A stretch of DNA of 64,000 nucleotides from Zygnema circumcarinatum SAG 698-1b (taxonomy: Eukaryota > Plantae > Zygnematophyceae), in the NCBI GenBank assembly GCA_037447605.1, contig CM074820.1:1240001-1304000 (forward strand). The letters are read 5' to 3'. Positions within the stretch are counted from its first letter, which is position 1. Each line of letters begins with the position of its first letter. A program made the translations under genes and the position numbers. A model generated the notes under the pieces. It searched no databases, was not told the origin of the DNA, and worked only from the letters and a program-made list of their open reading frames with translations. Below, one piece after another: positions 1 to 12,842 of the stretch.

Positions 1-323
1 TTAAAAAATCTGGCAAGAATTGAAGAAGATTCCATAACTTGACAGATGCATTAGCAACTACTGCATAAAGCTTCCTCTATCAGGTGTAGATATAGGATCA
101 GATGTAGATGTATCAGATGTAGCACGCTTCAAACCAGTGTTCACTATCAGGATTTGAGAACTTAGGGAAATGTACAGAAGTTCAACTGATCAAGTTGGTT
201 ACTCTCGGATATCTTTAAAAGATATTTAAGCTGATCATGCGGTTGACACACAGTTGGAGGAAAAAATCGAATGGCTTGCAGAATATTCCGAAAAGGACAT
301 GAAAGGAACTCAGGTTAGCATCA

Positions 324-1502
<1,179 letters not shown>

Positions 1503-1774
1503 GGTGGCGACGAAGCGTGAAGTGCACCGGCAGAAGGAAGTGCAGCGGAGCGGGTGGCGACCCGCAGCAGCAGAGAGGGGAGCAGAGGCAGTAGCAGCAG
1601 CAGCGGGTGCAGGAGGGAGGTGGTCAGTGCCAGAGAGGGGGCAGTCAGGGGCGGCAGCATCCACCAAGACCCGCCCGCCCGCCCTGTCTCTGACAGCCCG
1701 TTCAAACGCGGGCGGGAACTGTGCGCACATTTTTCCCCGAATTTGTCGTCACCCTAACGGCGCCCGCGCACCTC

Positions 1775-1895
1775 GGTTTCCGGTTTCTGGTTTCTGGTTT
1801 CCGGTTTCCAGTTTCTGGTTTCCGGTTTCCGGTTTCTGGTTCCTGGTTTCCAGTTTCTGGTTTCTGGTTTCTGTCTGGTTTCTGATTTCTGGTTT
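1775..1895. repeat. Degenerate 7-bp tandem repeat (GGTTTCY)n, about 17 units, upstream of beta-tubulin
   Basis: Direct reading: ggtttcc ggtttct ggtttct ggtttcc ggtttcc agtttct ... Confidence 0.9.
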
Positions 1896-2844
1896 TTTGC
1901 AGTTTTCAGTTTTCGTACGGCGCTGTAGGCTTCTGACAGGTCTTCAAGCTGGCCTTTGAGACGGAGGCTTTGGGACGAGCTTCGAAAAGAGTACTCTAGG
2001 ATATGTTCATACAACTTGATGCGCAGAAAGGGATGTACTGATTTAGATTTTTTTTTTCAAATGTCAAAGGTTTTGGTGTTCACAACCTCGAAAGAGGTTC
2101 GGAGCACTGAAAGGGTAGTGGATGCGTTCTGAGATATATCCCGATACAGAGCTGCCCCGCATTGAATTGTTGCATCAGAAGCATGTAAAATTCTTGTATT
2201 TAAAAGGCTTGAAAATTGCGGAATTTCTGCCATACATATTACTGGATTACCATCATCCATCATTGGACAACATGACACGCATTTGGATTAATCACAAGCA
2301 TCTCTGAATAAGAGAACAACAAATGGGAAAAGGCCAGCCTACAAAACCATCCTCGTGATTCAGAAAGCCATCATCCATCCACTTCCAACTTGCTTTAGGT
2401 TGAACAGGCTCCATGGAGAGGTATCCCCGTAGAATATGAAGCCAGGAGCCCCCTTCGCCGAACCCATATTGAATGCGCGCCTGCAGCCTCGCTCAAGCTT
2501 CAAAGGCAAGCTCCATTCTTCCTGTGCTGCTTGACCGCACAACCCCTTGTAAAAGGTAAAACCTTTCCAGCACTCCTCAAAAGACCGCCTTTAGTGAAAA
2601 GATACACGCGAGCCATATCTTCAGGCTTCAGCAGTAAAATAAGTCAACGCCCCTTTGACCGATACATAGACTTGATTGGTCCAGCTTTTTCCACTCTGTA
2701 ATCGATTTAAGCGCCTCATCAGTCGAACAGGCGGTCAAGGGCAAAAGACTCATTTGCTTTTTGGACTTGGAGGAAATTGCTGAAGAAAGAGTAAACCCTC
2801 TCGCTGCCTTCCTTGAGAAAGGGCGAAAGGAAGACTGCTTTCTG

Positions 2845-5800
2845 CTACTCCGGAGGGGCACTCTCCAATGCTTGCTGCAGGTCGGCTATAAGGTCGTCCA
2901 CATCTTCAATACCCACCTGCAAGCAACGTTTCCAAACACTTTTTTGAACCAGCTTGGATCATTCTTCACCGTAGGGAGTTCTTGCAAGACACCATCTTTA
3001 CTGCTGAATACACACATGTCTCACTTTGGGAAGTGAGTGTTGCTTGAGCAGCTTACCGATATTCGAATAAGGTCGGGAAGCAGACCTCGCGCTTCTCGTA
3101 CTTCCAGAGGAATGCTTGCATGCGACATGAAGCAGGGGAGGCTAATAGATGTACTCACACTCCCTGCATGCAGTCATGCCTCCATACGTTATCATCACGC
3201 AATACAGCCGCTCTTTGCTGCTCCATTCATTTGCTACACGCCTTTGTTCCTCCACCTGCAACTGCAACTGCAACTGCATCTTTCTTGCAACTTCCTAACT
3301 CCGCAATCCCACAGTCTTTCTCTAACCCCCCCCCCCTTCCCCCAAACAATCTCCTTCTTTAAATGGGTCCGTATGGAGGTAACTTACCAAAACTAACAGC
3401 AATATTCGCCAGCTTCATGTTCTCCACCACATGTTTGGAGATAGCTAGCGAACCGGTTGAGAAGCTGAACACAGAGCCGGGGCCTTTAGACTGCACGAAG
3501 AACACATCTCTCTCTTCTGTCATCTTCCACCTTAGAAAACATCACACAGGTGCAGCAAGAGTCTGCAAAAATTTCCTGCATTCGACTATATTCAACCCTG
3601 GCAGCTCAAATGCCACTCTGGTCTTCCTTACCTGCTTGAAATGGAGTTCCCGATTCAAATGGTTTTCAAGTCCTGGGTAGTTCACTCTCGTGATTCGAGG
3701 ATGAGATGCCAAAAACTCAGCCAGTTTCTGTGCACTAGCCTGCAAGCAACCGAAGTATTTTTGGAAGCCTATAGTACTTGCCAGGAACTTCAGAATCTTA
3801 ACAACGACTAAAGTAAGGAAAAACAGATCAACACGCCCCCATTCACATAACTTTCCACCAAGCTACTACCCTTCTCGCAGGCGGTCTCATCATTGTGCAA
3901 ACTCAATTGCGATGAGGAAGGCAAAAAGCTCTTTTCCTTTCCCTTACCTGCTGCCTCTCCACCCTTAATGGCATCGTCTTCACTCCTCTCAGACATAGCC
4001 AGCAGTCAAACGGAGCAAGCCCTGTTCCGTCCGCATTTTGAAGAAAGTACAACTCCTGGCCCAACCTGCCAAATACCAAAATAAGCGAAACGTACTCACT
4101 TCAAATTGTTGAGAGAAAAGGGAAGCAGCTATAGTGTGGGCATCTACGTCTGCCCAAATTTAGAATGCCCCAATAACACCGATCTTGAACCTGAGTACTT
4201 ATAAGGACAACCTCATAACATATCTCACGGAATGCATGGTGGGCTTAGTAATTGAAGGTGAACTGTACCTGTCATCATTCACCGCCAACACTCCAGCCAT
4301 AACATCGCTGTGGCCTGATATGAACTTAGTGGCAGAATGCATGACAATGTCTGTCCCCTTTCCCCATACACTTGAGCTGTGAGCGGAGAGAATGAGAAGG
4401 GGAAGTGAATTGTAAATTTTAGGCAGAGGAAGAGGGGCTTCAGGAAACAATATACCACAAATTGGCGTACTCTTTCTGATAATAAAATTGCTACAACAAA
4501 AGCGCTGCCTGGCAGAAGCAGCGGTAGACACTGCAGAAAGCAAAGACAGGGACATCTTATGGCTCGTATAAAGGCAGAAACCTGCACTTGTAGGCCTTGT
4601 TGCGCATTCATATATCATATATCATGCTTCGCTGCTATAAGTGCGAGCTCTTACCCGCACCAAGGCCGAGAGGTCTTGAGAGAGCGGGAGACATAATGGA
4701 GTTATCAACAAGCAAGAGAGCACCGACTTCATGAGCTGCTTCCGCTATTGCCTGCCACCCGCATACAGAGCCCAACTGCAGTTTGACTTTCCCAAAAAAA
4801 AAAATTGCCTTTTTCTTTGAAGGCAAATCCAAGACCCAGTTGTTGTGCAGCTGTTGACCCAGGTTGTAATGCAACGAGTAACAAAAAGACTTTCCAAAGG
4901 TGAAAACGAGCAAAAGGTTTTGATATGCCACATTGGTGGTTTCACTCACTTCAATGTCACTTATTTGGAGGCGTGGATTGGTTGGACTCTCCATTATAAC
5001 AAGGCGAGTTTGTTTGGTTATGGCCGCCCGAACTTCTGCCAAATTACTCGTATCGACGCGGCTGTGGAGCATAGTATGGCTACGTATTAGACAGGCGAGT
5101 GAAAGGCAGGTTGATGATACAAGAAAAAAATGCGGGGATGGGCACGTTTCCATCCTGATGAAAGGGACAGGCAGAGCCCTGGATTGAGCTAAGAACAAGT
5201 TCATCAGCATATACTCAAGGGAATGCTAGAAATCACTTACTTAACCTTTACTCCAAATCGCGGAACGACACGAGAAAGCAAGCGATCTGTGCCGCCATAG
5301 AGGTCGTCTCCTGCCACTATCTCCTGCCCTGCACAGCTGCCTGACTCTTCAATAACAGCACTCCTCATCTCAGCGCTGATTGCATCATATGTTGGACGAT
5401 GTAATGGACTTGTTGGTTAAACACACAAAAAAAATGACTTTTGCTTCAAGCACGAGACATGGTGAAGGAATGCGAAAATTCTTTCATCACCTCCTACAAC
5501 TTCAGCATAAGCATAGGTTGGTTGACTCATGGAAACGAGCTTATAGCAAGTCCACTTACCAGCCTCGACTAGCTTGGTCACAGTCGCTAACGCCGCCATC
5601 CCTGTGCTGAAGGCAAAGGCCCGTTTGGCTCCTTCAATCTTGGCAAGAAGCCTGCCCCCTCCATACATCTCAAGCACTCCAAAATCACTCATCATCTTGG
5701 TCATCGCTCTTTCCTCTTTCATGTGAATCACACATAGTATTCTTCATATTAGGGATCAGCTGGAAGTTCTCGCATGTCATGCAGGAGGAAATTCCATCAA

Positions 5801-7056
5801 CTGTACAACTAGTGGAGGTTGAAACAGATGCAGGATAATGCGAGCACTTCCCCCGTGCCATAGCCTTTAGCAACGGTATGGCATCACTCTGCCTGCCTTA
5901 CTAGTAAAAAACCACTTTTTTCAAATGTGATATGACAAAATTCATTCAATTAAAGAAAGTACACTCACTTCTCCAAAGTATCCCTTGTTGGATTCCCACT
6001 CCGAGTGTAATCATAGGGTCCACCTTCAGTTGCGGATACCTGTACCAACAGCTCCATACGACTCCTCGGTTAAGGTACCTATGGGCAGGAATTGGATTCC
6101 CTAATTCTCTAATAATCCCTCATCCTTAAAATGAAAACAAGCTGACACACATCTGCTAGTTGCCACATGTCCCTCCACAGCACCCTCCTATGGATCAGCA
6201 GTACAAAACAGTTAATTTTTTACATAACTTCCTGGCATTAATATGTTTGGGATTTTCGTGCATGTGCCTAAGTAGCTTCATGGACCAAAAGTGCAATCAT
6301 ACAGACCTGTTTGAAAGTGGCTGTTTGGTAAAGAGGCGTGCTAAGAGCTCCATATGGGTCGAAATCATTGCTGAAGTGCAGAATCTCTGTAGCCAAAGCC
6401 TGTTGCCTTGAGACCTTCACGTCTGCTCCCACAAGGTAATGATCACTAACTGAGAATGGCTGGATGAGGGTTCCTCTGCACCACATATCCGTATGATCCA
6501 TAACTACGAAACTGGAAATGATATGGATTGCATTTCACTTTTTTTTACCCTGTGACGCCTTGTGGATTTTCAACTTCCTTTTCAAACACTTGAAGTCAAG
6601 AATGCCGAGGTTCTTCAGAATAAGAACGTCTTACAAAAAGGACTCACCTGGATTCACTTTCAGAAGGCCGTTTGTTTCGGAGTTTAAATCTTCCTCCATA
6701 GTGAGCTGGCTTGCTTGTTCACCCTCAGTCATGCTTGCAGATATCCTCTAAACACAGATGCACGAGAAACGACGAAAAAGTCAGGCTCCGTTTATACAGT
6801 AGAGGAAAGCAAAGCATCCAAATTCCAAATTTTGAGGGGATGATGTAGACATACTTACTGCGAGCGAGCCATGGCGGAACTTCTGCATGCGAAGAGATGG
6901 TTTCGATGCAATCAACCGCTGCCGAGCTGCCAGGGAGGAGCTTCCCGCGCCTCTGCGGTCCGCAGGGAAGCTCTCGCTGAGGGAGCACCGCGGGCCGGCG
7001 GGGACGACGGCGGAGGAGTAGCAGGGCGGGCGCAGCGCAAGGGAAGAAACCGCCAT
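2845..7056 (-). CDS. CBL: Cystathionine beta-lyase, plastid-targeted, about 14 exons
   Basis: Assembled exons give YDYTRSGNPTR, FSTGMAAL, GDDLYGGTDRLL, MESPTNP, VDNSIMSP, the PLP-lysine motif HSATKFISGHSD, GLAPFDCWLCLRG, SLPCFMSHASIP and a C-terminal RISVGIEDVDDLIADLQQAL. Exon 1 (MAVSSLALRPP...) is Ser/Arg/Ala-rich, like a transit peptide. Confidence 0.95.
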
Positions 7057-7217
7057 TGCCGCCCTGGACTCCCTCTCCGAATGGCTCTAGGAGGCAGTCC
7101 GAGGCAGTATTGGACGAGCAAGGGCTGTGCAGGAGGGCCACGTGGCTTCCCTCCCCTCCCTCTGCGGCCCCGGGTGGTCGCCGTGCCCCTCACGGAACCG
7201 AAGCCAAAGCATAGGTG

Positions 7218-7527
7218 GACCATTGATTGGATCAACCATTGCAATTGGTTCGCAACCGTTGGATCGCAAGCCAGCCAACCATCGCCAATGGTTCGCAACC
7301 ATTGCCGTCAGAGCAAGACAACCATTGTCAATGGTTCGCAACCATTGCATTCAATGATTTCTAACCTTTGCCAATGGCTCCACCCATTGGATCATGCAAA
7401 GGATGTGGCATTGGTCTCACGATGGAGATGCAAATGGAGATCAAATGTACATGGACAAAATCAGCATGGGCATGGTGGATCGTCCAGCCATCGCTATCCA
7501 ATGGTTGTCCAATGGTTGCCGATCCAC
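7218..7527. repeat. AACCATTG/CAATGGTT-rich dispersed repeat, copy 1 (CBL upstream region)
   Basis: Many caaccattgc/ccaatggtt units; shares blocks with 32796-33090 (attggatcaaccat, ccatcgccaatggtt, aaccattgcattcaatga, ccaatggttgccgatcc). Confidence 0.8.
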
Positions 7528-7867
7528 TAGCCTTGAGGCTGCCAGAGCCGTGACGCGACGTTATGCGATGTGACGCGATGTGACATGGAGTGTCGTGATA
7601 TGACGTCATCCCTAAGTGTTCAAATAGGAACTGGTCCAGTCCTTCGTGGTTCCATATTTTGCTTTTGTTCATGTACATTAGATGGCCTCGCCATTGCGTG
7701 TTCAATAAAAGTTTCCACTTTTCTGAACTGGTCCTGGCCGTTACTGGCAGCGTGACGTGAGCAGGGAGGGGCGCGGAGGGTGTGGGAGATAGGGAGCCCC
7801 CCGACAAGCCGTGCCGTGTCGTGCCGTGCCTCGGACACATGCCCCTCCGTGCCCCAAAGGCCATGCA

Positions 7868-7873
7868 TGCCCT

Positions 7874-7925
<52 letters not shown>
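7868..7925. repeat. (CCCATG)n hexanucleotide microsatellite
   Basis: About 9 tandem cccatg units; these generate the spurious AWAW/MPMP/HGHG ORFs in the track. Confidence 0.9.
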
Positions 7926-7926
<1 letters not shown>

Positions 7927-9084
7927 TTCCCATCGTGCGCGTTCTTCGCATGTGCTTGCTGGCGTCGCGCTGTGCCACAAGGGGCTCGCGGTCGCTGGCA
8001 GCACATGGACCGCGTCCGCTCCCGGTTCGAGTTGCAGTTTCAGTCGAACAGGGTCGCGATGCTGGCTGCGGCTCGTGGTTTTCCGGCCCCACACGGCATG
8101 GCACGGTTCTCTCGTTCAGTGCCTGCCTGCCTGCCTGCCTGCCTGCATAAGGTTAAACAACTTCACTTGGACGCAGAGGGAGGGAGGGAGGGAGGGAGGG
8201 AGGAACGGCGGGCCCAGTGGAGTGCTCCTTGAAGGTTCAAGCTGGGAAAGGGTCGGCCCGCCTATTCGAGCACGCATGCGCGCCCGCCACGGCGGTCGGC
8301 GGCTGCGAGCCAGCGTGGCACCGAAACGGATTCTCAAAAGCCACGTGGCGTCGTGTGATTGGCAGAAAAATGACCTTTTTTTACTTGAAGGGAACGTTCT
8401 ATATGGAACTGCGCTTGCGGCTCCGCAACCGCTTCTGCCGTGGCAGCCACGTCGGCACCACGTCGGCAAAACTCGCTCTAACGGAACCTGGAAACGCGTC
8501 GCACACGACGGCGAAACTCGCCATGGAACTCCGTTCTGACAGCTGTCGACCTCCGATTGGCACCAGGCACGAGCAAGCAAGGGACGTGATATGACATGCT
8601 GTGAAGTAATCACCGTGTCCTTAAAATGAAGAAAAGTTAGACATATCAAACAAGGTTGTCAGACAGGCAGACAAGGTGATGATGAGATTAGAAGAAGTAC
8701 ATGGAAGATTCTGGGCAGTAACTCATTATAATACTGATTCTAAAAGAGAGCGTCACAGGCAAAAGAAAACGTGTAATGCCGCAACTGATTACTCATTTAC
8801 ACTACCAAGAATTGCGGAGAACCCGTGACCCTAAAACAGAAACCCTAAAGGTCACACTGTACCGGCCAATTACGTTTAGCGTTCGAGTTACCGTTCGCCT
8901 TGCAAAGCACACGCCGACTGACTCCGTGCTTTTGAGCATGCTAGCTATGCAGCCAGAGACCTACCACTTTTCTGCATGTACGATGAGCAAAAGACTATGA
9001 GAGAAGCGCATGATGGTCTGACCATGCCCTACGAGAAGGGGCAGTGATCCCTTAGTCCCGTATAGGGGAGTATTTTGGTACTTA

Positions 9085-11934
9085 GTACTCCACGTGTCCC
9101 CCGATCTTTGCTTGCACTCGAAGCAAGCATTGCGAGTGAGCTCCGGAGAGCCCCCTCCGGTACAAAGCTCGAACTTGAACAGCCTCTTCATCTCCATGTT
9201 GGCCCTCTGCTTGAATGAAAAGCAAACAAAAACAAAGTGAAAATTTCGCTAGTGGTAAAAGGCCCCAAACACAGTGGTCTGTACAGCAGTCCTTTATGAA
9301 GGAGGGAGAATGAATGTTTAAGGAAGGACCACCCCCCCCCCCCCTTCCTCCCACTCTCCCACTCTCCCACTCACCTCGAAGAAGCCACTTGTAGTTCAAA
9401 CCTCCCTCCATGTGACTTTGCCATGTACCGCTCCAAACGGCTGAAAGCTCATGATGCTTTCTTAGCTTGAAAATAGGCTGCATTCTTGCACAATGAGAAA
9501 TAATAATTCATGAATAATAACAACAAGTCGATCAATTATCACACGTGTCCTTTGGAGATTCAGGTCGTACATGGCAAGGTAAGGCTATTTCATAACTCTC
9601 AAATGAACCTTCCGTTGCTGAGCAATTGTCCTTATCTCTAATGCATGTAGATGGGCTTCGAAATTGGTTTCTAGTATCATTACATTACCTGCACCGTCAG
9701 CTGCTTCATTGACTTATTTATGGTGCCACGTGTGAAGACAATGGTTCGCGGGTTCAACCTGTAATAATAGGAAAGGGAACATTGTTGGTTGGAACAAACG
9801 TACTGCTGTAAACCAAGACGTTCTCAATGTCATGCAAAACTCAACAGTATTGCAAAATGGAAGAAACATTTGCGTTTGCCCAGTTTCCTTGCTCACTAGC
9901 TACTCGCTCTCAGAGAAGAGGAGAATTACATGAACGACAGCAACGTATAATGAGACACTATTGAAAGATGTGATCTGATTCAACAGCAAAGTCTGAATCC
10001 GTTACCGCTGACTCCATGCAAGGGCACGTGTAGGCGGCCCAAAACCCGCTTGAGGAGCCCAATCACAAACACTGAAAGCCGCCACATAGCTGCCATCTGT
10101 TCCCCTGCAAAAACATAGATACAGATCGTAAGAAGCATAGCCCGTGAATTCGATTCACTCACAACGTGGAAGAGCAGTCAGTGCCTGCGAAAAGTGCATC
10201 ATTTGTGCAAAAACAGTCTTCTGGATGGTGTCCGCACCATAACCGGGTCTCAAATGCCACCTTATGATGCCTCCTCAAGTCTGAGAAGAGTTCAGCTGAG
10301 AGCACCAAAGGCCCCCCTCTATCGGCACCGAGAGGCACGTCATGAGCTGCTCTCAGATGGACAAGCTCAATATCTTCAGACCTGCCGCTGACTTCATCAG
10401 TTATGCGCGTTCGACGTCCAGCCTAAACTCAAAGTTCAAATGCCCCAAAAGCCCCTGGCAACAGAGAGTTAGGATAAATAAACCAGTTGTATCAACACGG
10501 TGCATCAAACATAGAAGTTTTCAGAAAAGGGCTTCGCACAATGTTGACAAAAAGGGAAGCGGATTCTTCTAAAGGTATGCAACAATTTCGCTGGCAAATC
10601 CTAAGTTGCTCACAAACTTTCTCCAGCCTAGATTTGAATCGTTAGGAAACTATTCAGACGAAATTTGCCTCTGCAAACCAGCAAAGTTCGTTCATACTTG
10701 GAGCCTATGAACTTGTACATACATCGCATCCTATCCCCTTTTGAGAGACCTGAAAGACAGATGTGCAACCCGGGAGCGACCGTCACAAGAAGCCTAAAAC
10801 ATTTTTTCCGCATAAGGTTCACTCTACAATCATGGGAAGGAGCAGGTTTACGAGGTAGAAGGAATTAGGTGCTCGTGAACTGTTTGGATTCAGAGACTGC
10901 TTTGGATTTGTGCAACGACTTCCCCATGGTTATAGCAAGCAAAATGAAAAGGGCATTAAGAAAAACACTGTTTCATTCATCTCATAAAGGGACAAGGAGA
11001 ACAATATCTACTGGTTCAACAATCATCCTAGAACCGACTAAAGCTAAAAGATGGTTCGGAGCTGCCGTGCAAAACAGTATTAAACTCTTCATGAAATTTG
11101 ACTGCAAGATTTGATCCCATCCTTCACGTCCTTAAGTGAAGATTTGTTTTCAACTCAGATGCATGTTTAATTCTCTACTGTGCTTGAATTACAGGATTTC
11201 CCAAAGTGAGTCCCTACAGCTAGCAAATTCCCTTCCAGCATGAGTGACTTCCACAAGCCCCATTTCCTTCTCATATTGCTCCTTATTGTTCCGTGGATAG
11301 CATGCCCTCTGTCTCTCCCTCGCCCCAACCACCTCCCTCCCCCCTTCCCCCTTCCCCCTCCTCCCTCCCCCTTCCCTGACCTCTCCGTTGGAGCAAACTG
11401 TGCAATCATCCCGTTTTCCCAGTCCCTACAAAATAAATCTATGTGGCAGCCAGTCAAACTCACCACTGTGGTCCGCACATACTGCTGCGGCGCTCTGAGC
11501 TCCCTCCCTGCAGCGCTGAGCGTGCCCCAAACATCCTTGCAGCCCTGCAGAGCACCGTCCACGCGACTCTGGCTTGCCAGGGAGCTGTTCCCTATGGCAG
11601 TGCTGATATGCTCCTGTAGCGCTCCTGAATGGAACAGGCGAGCTGAGCGGCCATGGCTCCAATGCCGCGGCTCAGAAAACTCTAAAGGCGCAACTGGCTT
11701 GCCACGTGTCCTCTGACTCCGGGAAAATCTTGCAAGGGGAGTTTTTGGAAGCTTCAAGCCTTCGCCACCGCCTCCTCCTTCCCTGGGAGGCAGCGATCGC
11801 TCGACTTTCAAAAGAGCCCGGGCCACACGTGCGGCCAGCGAGTGAGGAGAGCCGGCCACACGCGCGGGAGCCGCAAAGAAACTGTTGACGAGAGAGGAGG
11901 GCGTCGGAGGCTTGTCGCGGCGCCACGTGGCCAT
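9085..11934 (-). CDS. Uncharacterised multi-exon gene encoding a beta-strand-rich protein (tentatively OEP37-like outer-envelope channel); 5' structure unresolved
   Basis: Phase-compatible exons with strong splice sites read VSQKGIGCD|AGRRTRITDEV...HLRAAHDV...|GTDGSYVAAFSVCDWAPQAGFGPPTRALAWSQR|LNPRTIVFTRGTINKSMKQLTVQ|PIFKLRKHHELSAVWS|EGQHGDEEAVQVRALYRRG...GHVEY*. The family assignment rests only on remembered motif resemblance. Confidence 0.55.
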
Positions 11935-12060
11935 CTACTGTCTACTGTGGCGGGAGAGGAGCCACCGCCATGGCCGGAGGCGCCGGAGGAAAAACGAGGG
12001 CAGGTCCCTATTGTGACCTAAGCCCGCGCGCCGTCCAATGGCGGTCTGCCACGGCCAGAA

Positions 12061-12290
12061 ATGAAGCATGGCATGGCATGGATGTGCCATGACCTCGCGA
12101 TGGCCATGCCATGCCATGCTATGCTATGCCATGCTATGCCATGCCATGCCATGCTATGCCATGCCATGCCATGCTATGCTATGCCATGCTACGCCATGCC
12201 ATGCCAGGCCATGCCATGCCATGCCAGGCCATGCCAGGCCATGCCAAGCCATGCTATGTAATGCCATACCATGCCATGCCATGCCATGCG
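12061..12290. repeat. (GCCAT/GCTAT)n pentanucleotide satellite, preceded by a short inverted (ATGGC)3 arm
   Basis: Direct reading: gcatggcatggcatgg ... ccatgccatgccatgctatgctatgcc... Confidence 0.92.
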
Positions 12291-12380
12291 CCAAGTGTGC
12301 CCCCAAAGGCCGCCCTCATGGACGGGCTCATGGGCGTTCATGGGCTCACAGGGATTGTTTAACCGATTACAAAAGGCTGC

Positions 12381-12781
12381 AGGATATTGAACTATATCGC
12401 GATACCTACGGTATATCTTTCAATTACGATGCGATACATGGTCGTCGTGGAATGAAAGGATATTCGATATTTATCGACTTCACAGACTCGATATCTGACA
12501 TTGATGTCAAGTTTATCGAAGAATATCGCAAAACGATATCCGATATTAGTGTCAATTTTATCAGATGCTATTGCAAAACGATATTCTATATTGATTTTTA
12601 ACTTTATTGAATATTATTGCAAAATGATATCCGATATTGATGTTAACTTTATTAGATTATATCGCCAAACAATATCCAATATTTCAGATATCGAGATATA
12701 TCGATATTTTAATTGATAAAAAGACATGCGATATTTAGAAAAATCGATTATGTTCGATATTACACGATACACGATATTGGC
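12381..12781. repeat. AT-rich CGATAT/GATATC-rich element containing about 5 degenerate ~45-bp tandem units (about 12488-12690)
   Basis: Units of the form cgatatccgatattgatgtcaa(c/t)tttat....atatcgcaaaa; a related short fragment lies at about 20212-20255. Confidence 0.75.
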
Positions 12782-12842
12782 CTCCAGACTCGGAAGGCAG
12801 ATAGTGGGGGGAGGGGTGGCGGTTTGCTGGGAAGGTCCAGCC

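Noticed and set aside
7361-8649. Cluster of long overlapping ORFs (AWAW, MPMP, CPCP, HGHG repeats)
   Set aside because: These are translations of GC-rich microsatellites open in several frames, with no recognisable domain or splice structure.
9085-9200. VRALYRRG as a TPR motif, or the alternative-frame CFEC as a zinc finger
   Set aside because: The matches are isolated and lack the surrounding TPR helices or a second Cys pair.
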